Source of the DNA: a virus
IMG/VR virus record: IMGVR_UViG_3300025881_000006
Coordinates: 15,324-79,323 of that record
Strand: one strand, 5' to 3'
DNA: 64,000 nucleotides
Positions 40,346-49,152 of this stretch are shown here, piece after piece. Every line of letters begins with the position of its first letter. The first letter of the stretch is position 1. The notes below the pieces were generated by a model. The model was given only the letters and a program-made list of their open reading frames with translations, searched no databases and had not been told where the DNA came from. Made by a program: the position numbers and the translations under genes.

Positions 40346-40612
40346 ATGGACCAGTCAGTTGAAGACCATTGGGAACAGCATAAAAGAACTGCGTACCCAA
40401 AAGGTATATCGGGACTAGAGGAGATACAAGCTAGGATGTCTTTTTATGCAGGATTTCAAGCAAGTGTAGAATCTGTAACTCGCCTACTAAAAAGTAATAC
40501 TGATGAAGCTACCTTTATCACCAAGGTTCATGCAGCCTTATTAGAGTGCAGCAAGTATATCGATACTCACGTTGTAGAGTTTGCTAGAATACATTTATAC
40601 GGGAAACGATGA
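40346..40612 (+). CDS. Hypothetical protein (single W...FYAG domain)
   Basis: 88 aa with AGGAG SD. Apparent paralog of the 39285..39824 domains. Confidence 0.75.
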   Translation: MDQSVEDHWEQHKRTAYPKGISGLEEIQARMSFYAGFQASVESVTRLLKSNTDEATFITKVHAALLECSKYIDTHVVEFARIHLYGKR

Positions 40613-41355
40613 TGCTCTACCAGTACGTTGATGGTAAAGTCACGGAGCTGTATGATAATGGGTACGACAAAAACATTATCTACTCTCCAAATCAGGCAGG
40701 TATGCCTCCACTAGTTGAAGCAGGAGTCCCTTTTAAAATAGTCGGTAACGATAAGTTTTGGACATTTATAATAGACCCAGCCGTTAGTGAGGGTTTACTA
40801 TTAACAGTCTACCATCATCCCTTTCTACATAAACACGCCTATGCCGTTTCTGTAGATGGACCACACTTCACCCAGATGTATGTTACACCACAACTATCCA
40901 CCGTGTGTGAAACGTATTTTGATAATGAACGTACTAGCAAGATTAGCATCCCTCCTACCGCACCCAATGGTCCTATATCTGACCTATTTAATCCTTGGGT
41001 GATTATACACTGGAATAGACAACGGGTTTGTGAGTACTATGACGCCGCCACTGGTAGACGCTGTAGTACTGAAAAGTCACTTAGGAACGCCCTACGTAGT
41101 CATAACACTACAGAGGGTATATTTAGAACTACCATCCTGCCTCACGTTGAAGAGGGGTTAGTTTTGATTAAGTGTACACACGACTACGTTGACCATGTGA
41201 ATAATAAATTGATTAGTGATGTTAAATGGCATTTAGAAGTAGGTGTTGGCATCGTTAGTGCCATACAATCTAGAGATAAACTATTTGTCGTAGTGAGGAA
41301 GTTCGATACATTAAACTTAGTTATTCTGGGACAAGAAGAAACAATGAAGCATTGA
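40609..41355 (+). CDS. Hypothetical protein
   Basis: 248 aa, ATGA-coupled to the upstream gene. Confidence 0.75.
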   Translation: MMLYQYVDGKVTELYDNGYDKNIIYSPNQAGMPPLVEAGVPFKIVGNDKFWTFIIDPAVSEGLLLTVYHHPFLHKHAYAVSVDGPHFTQMYVTPQLSTVCETYFDNERTSKISIPPTAPNGPISDLFNPWVIIHWNRQRVCEYYDAATGRRCSTEKSLRNALRSHNTTEGIFRTTILPHVEEGLVLIKCTHDYVDHVNNKLISDVKWHLEVGVGIVSAIQSRDKLFVVVRKFDTLNLVILGQEETMKH

Positions 41356-41379
41356 CGGTACGGAACCATTCCTATCGTC

Positions 41380-42231
41380 ATGTATACTGATAGGAATATC
41401 CGCATGAACACACCCAATTACATTGACGTATTATCAAATATTGATATCAATACACCACCTCGTGATATAGAATCATTATCTGTTAAATGTGGTGATAATG
41501 AAACCATTGCTCATCTATTTGCCTTATGTAAAATTAACATCCCTTTATCGTACGACATACTCTCCCTCACTAATACACGAGGGATATCTGTCTATGCTAC
41601 TATGAGAGATAGTGAAGCGTTATTTGATGGTTGTATTAGATGTTTATCTGCAACGTTTAAAAACGGTGAACCTGTAGCTCACCTACTCGCTCGTCATGGG
41701 TTTAACTTCTTAGAACAACCAGACGTCATGACTCTTGTTGGTTTGAATGGTGATACGACGGCTCATGTACAGGCCAGAGTGGGCATTCATCCACCTCAGG
41801 ATAGTAAGTATTTAAAGTTGGTTAACGGTGCTGGTGATAGCGTAGCGTTAATTATGGCTGCCAACGGATATCGTTTTGGAGACTTAGATAATGAAGTATC
41901 TTTAATATCTAACGATGCAGGTTGGAAGGTTATCCATGAGGAAGTAAGTGGAGGTCGTAGAGTCCACGGTAGTAACCCGATACTATTAGAGTCTTCACAT
42001 AACGGCACTACCGTAGCTCACCTCGTTGCTTATAACGGCCACGGTAAAGACTTTGGAGATAACCTATATAAACTTAAAGACCTTCAGGGATTAACTGTAG
42101 CGCACTGTGCAGCACTTAGTGGTACAGATACAGTTTTCTCTGATGAGGTATTACAATTAAAGACTAATGATGGAATATCAGTACAGGACGTATTGAATGA
42201 CCCATGTTGTCTAAAGCCAATACTTTGTTAG
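41380..42231 (+). CDS. Ankyrin-like repeat protein (28-aa period)
   Basis: Repeated G-x-[TSP]-[VT]-A-H-x-x-A-x-x-G units. The start may be ATG 41404. Confidence 0.7.
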   Translation: MYTDRNIRMNTPNYIDVLSNIDINTPPRDIESLSVKCGDNETIAHLFALCKINIPLSYDILSLTNTRGISVYATMRDSEALFDGCIRCLSATFKNGEPVAHLLARHGFNFLEQPDVMTLVGLNGDTTAHVQARVGIHPPQDSKYLKLVNGAGDSVALIMAANGYRFGDLDNEVSLISNDAGWKVIHEEVSGGRRVHGSNPILLESSHNGTTVAHLVAYNGHGKDFGDNLYKLKDLQGLTVAHCAALSGTDTVFSDEVLQLKTNDGISVQDVLNDPCCLKPILC

Positions 42232-42239
42232 GAGTATGA

Positions 42240-42887
42240 ATGAATAAGTTCACTGATAAGTTTCTCAACACGGTTGGTATTCCTACTGATACCATATCGT
42301 TACTAAGAGAATGTTGGGACGAAACTCCTTTTTATAGTAATCTACAATTACCAATAGGGGAGATAGTTAGTGCTATTTGTGTAAAGTGGTATGACGACGT
42401 TGAAGAGTCAAAGCGTGCTATGAATGTAATATTAGATACACTGCCTAAGGTAGCGTTAATACGTGATATTAAAGTATCCATTAACGAACCACCACACCCT
42501 TGGGCTATATTTGCATTTGATATCGATAACGATAGTTTGCACGTTGCCACTACTGTAGGTCTAACTAAGATTATACAGGCTGAGCTTATCATGGTACACG
42601 CACTACCCATGACGACCATTTGTACAATCTTAAACACCATGGGTACACGCTCCCTACCTTCACGGGTAGACTTTAATGTAGTGGATAATATTCTTCCGGG
42701 AATGGATACCAAAGCGAAGTTAATAGAGGTACCTGCTATAGCGGTAAAGTCTTATGTTGATATACATGACTTTATGTACAAGGGTGAGACTAAGAAATAC
42801 TATCAGGTAGTACTATCTGACGTGTACGGTATCTTTCCAGATGAAGCTGGATATAGCGGAGCTTACAAGCAGGTTGTAATTCAATAG
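42240..42887 (+). CDS. DUF4262-like protein
   Basis: ATTVGL and C-terminal QVVLSD..GIFPDEAGY...Q match the recalled DUF4262 consensus. Confidence 0.55.
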   Translation: MNKFTDKFLNTVGIPTDTISLLRECWDETPFYSNLQLPIGEIVSAICVKWYDDVEESKRAMNVILDTLPKVALIRDIKVSINEPPHPWAIFAFDIDNDSLHVATTVGLTKIIQAELIMVHALPMTTICTILNTMGTRSLPSRVDFNVVDNILPGMDTKAKLIEVPAIAVKSYVDIHDFMYKGETKKYYQVVLSDVYGIFPDEAGYSGAYKQVVIQ

Positions 42888-42908
42888 TACGTAACGTATC
42901 CTAAAACG

Positions 42909-42925
42909 TTACACCCCTACATTAT
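42909..42925 (+). promoter_or_regulatory. Putative early promoter
   Basis: ttacacccctacattat. Confidence 0.65.
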
Positions 42926-42982
42926 TCATGTGGTAGTACTCACTACTTAAACCCTTAAAACAAAATACTAAAGGAACATTCA

Positions 42983-43414
42983 ATGTCTAAAGAAAAAACA
43001 ATTACATTCGCTGAAGCGCTAGGTAAAAAGGTTACTCAGGTAAATGAAGGCATCGTCCAATTCCATGAGAATACATTCAAAGATACTCTTCCAGAAGACT
43101 TAACGGTTGAGACGGTACAGAAAGTACAAGACCACTTGAAAGACTTTACTGGGCAGTTTGCTAAGACTGTAGGTATCGAAGGTGCCAAGGCCATGTCTGA
43201 AGATAAAGAACTAAACTCAGTAAGCGCTGGTTTAGTAGTAGGTCGTGACCGTGTCGAAGTGAATGTTCAACGTGAACAAGTAGTTAATGATGAAACTCAT
43301 CTTGGCTATACTGACCTGAAATACACTATGGATTTTGGTGAAGGTGATACTAGCATTGCCAATCAAGTTCGTGAACATAATGCCAAATTGTTCAAAGACC
43401 TTGTAGGTAATTAA
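42983..43414 (+). CDS. Hypothetical protein (probably abundant early protein)
   Basis: 143 aa with its own promoter motif, AAGGA SD and a downstream hairpin. Confidence 0.8.
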   Translation: MSKEKTITFAEALGKKVTQVNEGIVQFHENTFKDTLPEDLTVETVQKVQDHLKDFTGQFAKTVGIEGAKAMSEDKELNSVSAGLVVGRDRVEVNVQREQVVNDETHLGYTDLKYTMDFGEGDTSIANQVREHNAKLFKDLVGN

Positions 43415-43420
43415 CAAGTT

Positions 43421-43450
43421 TAGAGTGTGGGCGTTGCCTGCACTCTTTCT
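43421..43450 (+). terminator. Hairpin terminator
   Basis: agagtgtgggc-gtt-gcctgcactct followed by a T-rich tail. Confidence 0.55.
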
Positions 43451-43478
43451 TACTGTTTATTTTTTTAGGTAGATTATT

Positions 43479-44003
43479 ATGGATATTAAAATGGAGGACG
43501 TATTAGCAGAGATACGTGAGGCGTTACAAGATCGTGTTAAACAACTGATGGAAGATGTAAAGTGGATGACAGGCGAGGATGCATTACTATTCCTAAATAC
43601 TTTAGCTGTGTACAACATCAATTTAAAGTTCGATGGTAAGGAAGAGTTAAAGGGCGATGGGATTGGTTTATATACACTTAACTGCGTAGAAGCTATTTTA
43701 AATGCACTAACTGCAAGTGGTACACTACAACCTGGTAGAAAGGTTAGTGAGATATATGGCATTGCCCCTATAGCTCATGCCATGTACTGTTTCTTATTTG
43801 TAGAGCACTTACCTACGATCGGTTTAAGAAATACTCTAAAATCAATACCTAGTAACGATGTCCATACGCTTATCAAACACTACGGTATTAACCCAGACCT
43901 AATCCCAATAGAATCCTTTATTGGTGTAATTAGGTTTATATCTCCACAGCCCTCGTCCCCACTACCTGACAATGTTAAATGCTTAATACCACTGCTTAGA
44001 TAG
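43479..44003 (+). CDS. Hypothetical protein
   Basis: 174-aa ORF. Confidence 0.7.
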   Translation: MDIKMEDVLAEIREALQDRVKQLMEDVKWMTGEDALLFLNTLAVYNINLKFDGKEELKGDGIGLYTLNCVEAILNALTASGTLQPGRKVSEIYGIAPIAHAMYCFLFVEHLPTIGLRNTLKSIPSNDVHTLIKHYGINPDLIPIESFIGVIRFISPQPSSPLPDNVKCLIPLLR

Positions 44004-44135
44004 TAGTGGTAATTATGCCATATATGTCTTATTTTTTTGTTGCTTTTTGGTAGACTAAACGGTATTGCTCATTGTATGACATAACTATGCTGGCAGGGCT
44101 TACATTACCATTTTCGATATTATTAGGGAGGTGTT

Positions 44136-44546
44136 ATGAACACCAAAAGACTACATCTTGTATTAAGTGACCACTTTATACAAACAGCCCTAGAGTCTAA
44201 TGTCAATGTGTTAGGAGATACGTTTAATCATGTTTGTAAGGGCATGAATGTAGAACCTATCAATAACGTTGACTATCAACGAGCCCAAGCAATATATAAC
44301 GCAACTGCAATGAAGGCGGAAGCCTGTACGTTTGACGCTCCTGCGTATGTGTATTACTGGTTAAGAGAATACTCATTAGGTCACAAAGGACAGGGTGACT
44401 GTTTCGACATGTTAGTAGAGACTATCATTAATACAAACGTATCCTATTTATTTCTAGATGCTCATTACTACTTTGATATAGATAACGTTGAATCGCTATT
44501 TAATCAATGCCTTGAGCTTTTTACACCGATGAGTGGGGTCTATTAG
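44136..44546 (+). CDS. Hypothetical protein
   Basis: 136 aa with GGAGG SD. Confidence 0.75.
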   Translation: MNTKRLHLVLSDHFIQTALESNVNVLGDTFNHVCKGMNVEPINNVDYQRAQAIYNATAMKAEACTFDAPAYVYYWLREYSLGHKGQGDCFDMLVETIINTNVSYLFLDAHYYFDIDNVESLFNQCLELFTPMSGVY

Positions 44547-44658
44547 TAAGGCCCAACCTTAATTATATTATGACTTAGCGTAATGTTGCTATCGATATTG
44601 GATAGAGATACTCGCATTAATTCACCTTTTTTATTTATATCAACCAGGAGCAACCATT

Positions 44659-44970
44659 ATGGGCAAAAAAGCAAACTTCTTAGCCGCAGCTGACCAGTTC
44701 TTTGATAGTATCCCACTACCTAAAGTAGAATCTGACAGAGAACGTCTTATTGTTGAGAACTTAGCATCTCAAGACGTGTTTCTAACTGAAACAAACGAGC
44801 AGTTGGCTAGTCGTATTAAGATATACGTCCAGATGACAATGTGGAAATGTTATCGTCTTATGGACATTAACAGTCGTTGGGACCGTGAAGATATGGCGCA
44901 GATGATAATTGATAAGCAAAACAAAGCTATCTCTACATACGCTGCACTTGAAGCACAACCTGCCGAGTAG
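44659..44970 (+). CDS. Hypothetical protein
   Basis: 103 aa with AGGAG SD. Confidence 0.75.
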   Translation: MGKKANFLAAADQFFDSIPLPKVESDRERLIVENLASQDVFLTETNEQLASRIKIYVQMTMWKCYRLMDINSRWDREDMAQMIIDKQNKAISTYAALEAQPAE

Positions 44971-44990
44971 GTCTGTACGAATGTTTTACT

Positions 44991-45066
44991 GAAAGGAAGT
45001 CTTCGGGCTTCCTTTCTTTTATGCCGTTAACGCATAAAAAGACAAGAGACGAATCTCTTGTCTTTA
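44991..45066. terminator. Back-to-back terminators for convergent genes, each followed by TATGC(C)GT
   Basis: On +: gaaaggaagtc-ttcg-ggcttcctttc then tttTATGCCGT. On -: aaagacaagaga...tctcttgtcttt then ttTATGCGT. Confidence 0.8.
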
Positions 45067-45082
45067 GATATTACGATGTTAC

Positions 45083-45937
45083 TTAGGTAGAGCTAGCACG
45101 CTGAACTAATTCAGCATAACCATTTTCTACAGCAGATACATCAGCCGTTAACTCTTCAACGAATGGAGCACGATTATTAGGGTTTACACCCGTCAAGCTC
45201 ATTGCATCTAAGAAGCGCTGTGCTGTTGCTTCAACTGTGGCACCTACTTGAGTAATTGCAGTAAACTCAATCGCTTGCTGCACGTTCTCACCGGGAGCGT
45301 TAAGGTCACGACGACCAATGTTCTCACCACCTGTCTTAGGCATCATGTTAGTACATAACCATGCACCCACTACTTTCGTATGGGTAGGATCAGGTTCAAT
45401 GAACAACATAGTCATGCCGACGTAGTCAGGTAACAAGTCAGTTGGAGGTGTATCCGCTAGGTTAACCACACGTGGCACCTTAGTCTCAGGGTCCATTAGT
45501 AGGTTGAGTATCCAACCATCTAAGAACTTATTGACTGCACGACCGTACTTCTCAGGCCAAGTAAAGACAGGTACTGAACGTTCACGAGTAACGTTAGCAA
45601 TATCTTCTTGGAATTCACCACCACCACTAACTGCGTTTTCAGCAAACTCAGCAGTAAGAGTAGATGTTAACCCTTCGATAGTTACAGCTTGTAATTCAAC
45701 AAGACTCTTCAACGTTGCAATCCATGCACCTGAGTCAGGTAAATCACTGAAGCCACGAGGCGCTTCTAACAGAATAGGTATCATGTTGCGCTTTACATAC
45801 GCCGCATTAGATACTATTGACTGATAGTCTGCCAAGAAACCATTTTGACCACCTTTAGTTAAATCAACCAAAGGAGCGTTTGAACCAGCACCGTGAGCCC
45901 GACCAGATTCTAGTATTGTATTAGTGACTCTAGCCAT
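45083..45937 (-). CDS. Tail tube protein (phiKZ gp30-like)
   Basis: 284 aa, downstream of the sheath. Motifs LLEAPRGF, EKYGR, LFIEPDPT and AWLCTNMMP. Confidence 0.85.
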   Translation of the reverse strand: MARVTNTILESGRAHGAGSNAPLVDLTKGGQNGFLADYQSIVSNAAYVKRNMIPILLEAPRGFSDLPDSGAWIATLKSLVELQAVTIEGLTSTLTAEFAENAVSGGGEFQEDIANVTRERSVPVFTWPEKYGRAVNKFLDGWILNLLMDPETKVPRVVNLADTPPTDLLPDYVGMTMLFIEPDPTHTKVVGAWLCTNMMPKTGGENIGRRDLNAPGENVQQAIEFTAITQVGATVEATAQRFLDAMSLTGVNPNNRAPFVEELTADVSAVENGYAELVQRASST

Positions 45938-47982
45938 TATTCAAGCTCCTCTCTACGACGCGCTACGACAGTAAATGTACCTACTGTTTTCATGTTGTTG
46001 GCGTACATGTTAATGTTACAACTCCAACTGTAGCCACGAACTGCATCATCAGCCGTGTAATACGTTTCAGGAACGATTACTACACGTTGGTCAAAACGAC
46101 CACTGGTACGCTGTTCAATCAAACGGTTACTACGTTCAATGAACTGTTCATTAGTCAAACTAGAGTTACCCGTAAGGTCACGCCAAACACGTTGACAAAC
46201 CTTTTCAAGTTCTACAGCAATCTGCATGGTCAAAGCTGAATTCAATACTGAAGTATCGTCATCGTAAACCGTTTGGAAAGCAGGATAGAAGAGTGAACGT
46301 CTATCGTAGTTCTGTGCCCAAACTAAACCAGCAGCCCAATCTTTGTTCCGTACGCGATCAGATTTGTAGGTATTGTTTACATTCTTCAACATGGTGATTT
46401 GATTAAGTGGAGATTGGTCGTAACCAAAACCAGCTCTTGCAATACCGTTACCGGCACCCATGAAGTTAGCCACTTTATCAGCGAAGTCAACTGTTGCAGG
46501 TACAAGACCGTTATAGTTAGACCCGGCAAGTTCACCAGCGTGTCCAATGATGACTGCACGACAGGTACTAGTACCGTATAGTGAAGACTCAGGATACAAA
46601 CGCGCAGCAGAACGTAAAGCTATGGCTACAGAAGAATCTTCTTCGATAGTGTTAGCAGGTTCAGAGGCATCTTGCGTACCAAGTACAACGTAAAGGTCTT
46701 TACGTAATCCAATCGGCGTCAATAACTTCTTCTTAGTTTCTATAGAGAAACCAGAATCGTAAATAGCTGAGAAAGGATAAACCGCATCGTCCATCAAGTT
46801 ATATTCAGAGTTAGCAAAGTTCATTGCCTGCTCGCCGACCAATTGATCAAATGAATCAAATGACATATCGCCATTACTACCACCTGACAAATAATGCGTA
46901 GCACTATCTGTAAGTAGTATGCCGCCTTCAGAAGGTCCGACTACTTCGAATGATTGGTAAGGAGCACCATCGTAATCTACTCCGCCGAACATGTTGATTG
47001 CGTGAGCACCCAATTCAAGTCCGCCAGTTGCTGTATCTTCAGCAGCATGTAGTAAATCCACAATAGCCTGTACGTAATCGCCGTACATGTTAATACTACC
47101 AAAGCTACCATACACGGGACCGAAGCCACCTGTGGTATCTGTGTCAGTATAAGCCGCATCTACGACCTTGTTGAAAGATAGCTCAGTATCAACTTTCTTA
47201 TTGATAACGCCTTCTTTAAATGCAAACTCAACATATTGACCACCGTTAAGTGTCTGTTGAACTAACGCACTTGAATTAGCATCTGCTCTTTCAACTACTT
47301 GTAAGCGATATAAATACGCTTCGGTTGTTTCGATGACTTCTTCATCCACAGGCACGGCAGAGCGTGTAGTAGGTGCAGAAAGTCTAAAGCCTAGGTTATT
47401 ACCATACGCACCAAAGTGATGTGCAGGAATTTCCATGATAGGGTAAACAGTAGAAACAGAACCATCACGTCCAACAAGTGAACCAGCTTTAGGAGTAGCC
47501 GCATTGAATGCTTCACCTTCTGCCATGGCTTCAGTTAACCAACGCACTTTATAACCAGGAACCGTATCACCAGTTGCTACTTTAAGACCATTGACATCTA
47601 GACGGTAAGTGCCGTCTCCATTTCTTTCATACTCAGGTACATCTGCTTCAACAACTTCACATACAAGACGTACTTTAGCTTGACTTGCGTCAGTCGGAAT
47701 TATCCGCTGTACGAAAATCGCATTACCACGGGCATTAACAGTATTTGCCAATACAGTAGCATGATTCGCGAAAGGTTGTCTGTAATCGAATGACTTGGCA
47801 CCGTACATTGTAGTCATATCTGAACCACTAACTAGTTGTGGTGCAGCAGGACCGCGTTCGGTAATCAAGTAAACGAAAGGAAGGTGCATCGGCAAGGCTT
47901 CTGCGACCGGTGGTGGAACTCGACGACTTAAATCGTTTATACCGGTCAGATTAGCACGTGGAGCTGCGCTCGTAATTGTCAT
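45937..47982 (-). CDS. Contractile tail sheath protein (phiKZ gp29-like)
   Basis: 681 aa with HLP, YLSGGSNG, YDSGF, YPESSLYGT and TVYDDDTSVL motifs. AAGGAG SD. Confidence 0.88.
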   Translation of the reverse strand: MTITSAAPRANLTGINDLSRRVPPPVAEALPMHLPFVYLITERGPAAPQLVSGSDMTTMYGAKSFDYRQPFANHATVLANTVNARGNAIFVQRIIPTDASQAKVRLVCEVVEADVPEYERNGDGTYRLDVNGLKVATGDTVPGYKVRWLTEAMAEGEAFNAATPKAGSLVGRDGSVSTVYPIMEIPAHHFGAYGNNLGFRLSAPTTRSAVPVDEEVIETTEAYLYRLQVVERADANSSALVQQTLNGGQYVEFAFKEGVINKKVDTELSFNKVVDAAYTDTDTTGGFGPVYGSFGSINMYGDYVQAIVDLLHAAEDTATGGLELGAHAINMFGGVDYDGAPYQSFEVVGPSEGGILLTDSATHYLSGGSNGDMSFDSFDQLVGEQAMNFANSEYNLMDDAVYPFSAIYDSGFSIETKKKLLTPIGLRKDLYVVLGTQDASEPANTIEEDSSVAIALRSAARLYPESSLYGTSTCRAVIIGHAGELAGSNYNGLVPATVDFADKVANFMGAGNGIARAGFGYDQSPLNQITMLKNVNNTYKSDRVRNKDWAAGLVWAQNYDRRSLFYPAFQTVYDDDTSVLNSALTMQIAVELEKVCQRVWRDLTGNSSLTNEQFIERSNRLIEQRTSGRFDQRVVIVPETYYTADDAVRGYSWSCNINMYANNMKTVGTFTVVARRREELE

Positions 47983-48190
47983 TTCCGACTCCTTGTTTAT
48001 CCTAATTGTTATTTCAATCAGGGCTATACAAATAAAATTAATTTAGCTAAGTTAATTTTTAATGGTGAAGTAATATCTAATATTAAATCATTATACCTAA
48101 TGACCAAGGCCAATTCTATATAACGACAATGTTAAACGTACATCATACAGATTAGTAAATAATTACCGCTCTTACCACAAGGAACTCCCC

Positions 48191-49117
48191 ATGATTAAAA
48201 ATCCCTACAGTGCCTTTGTCACTCAACACTACCGTATGGACAAGATATATAGCGCTATCGAACCCGCTTTTATCAAAGGTGAACTGTCGTCGTTTAACGA
48301 AGTTCCAGATGGCCAAGATGTCATATATTTGATAACGAGCCGTAATGAAGATATTCCTTCCTTTGCGCACCCCATACAGGTTCCTATCTCAGTGCGTGAT
48401 GATAAGATAGTGACGGTTATAGATGCTCGTCCATTTACCCGTGTTAACAGAGATGACCCTAGTGATTACTCAGTTACACAATCTATGGACTTCTTCATGT
48501 CAACCCTGCGTGTTATATTAGAACGTAGTTACGATGAAGGTGAGGGCTATAAAGAACTTTACTTAGCCGGTGATGTTGCCATGTGGACTTATGTCCGTTG
48601 GATATCAACGCAGTTATCAACCCGATTAGCTTTAGACCCCGACAGCGAAATAAAGTTAAGTATGATAGTAGCGTTACATTACGCTAACATGCATGGTGTG
48701 ACTATGGGTGACTCGGATACGGACCTAGCTAGAATAGCCACTCGTATATCTCGTATCATCAGTGTCTCTACAGAGCGTGTAATAGCCGTCATTGAAAGTT
48801 TACCCGTTATGGGTGACTTACGCTCATTGGTTGACGTTATACGTTCTACGTTGGATACACCTCGTGTTGAGAACGTTACCCCGGCATTGATACTTAATAT
48901 AGCTATCGGTTCAGCTGGTTGGCGTGGCGTTCAATCTAAAGAGATTGTAGGCATTGCATTAGAACATGCTCCAACCTGGCACGCTATGATGGTGAATGCA
49001 ATTGACCATAGTACTTATAAACGTAGTGCTATCGCAGAACTTGTATTGAAGAAGTATCGCGATAAGGACAACATCCGTTCTTATACTCGTGTAATTGGTA
49101 ACATTATAAGAATGTAG
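48191..49117 (+). CDS. Virion structural protein (phiKZ gp28-like)
   Basis: IPSFAHP, IDARP and ALEHAPTW motifs. Divergent from the sheath gene. Confidence 0.7.
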   Translation: MIKNPYSAFVTQHYRMDKIYSAIEPAFIKGELSSFNEVPDGQDVIYLITSRNEDIPSFAHPIQVPISVRDDKIVTVIDARPFTRVNRDDPSDYSVTQSMDFFMSTLRVILERSYDEGEGYKELYLAGDVAMWTYVRWISTQLSTRLALDPDSEIKLSMIVALHYANMHGVTMGDSDTDLARIATRISRIISVSTERVIAVIESLPVMGDLRSLVDVIRSTLDTPRVENVTPALILNIAIGSAGWRGVQSKEIVGIALEHAPTWHAMMVNAIDHSTYKRSAIAELVLKKYRDKDNIRSYTRVIGNIIRM

Positions 49118-49152
49118 GGTAGTGATACCCTATAGTCGATTAGGAGGCGTTT

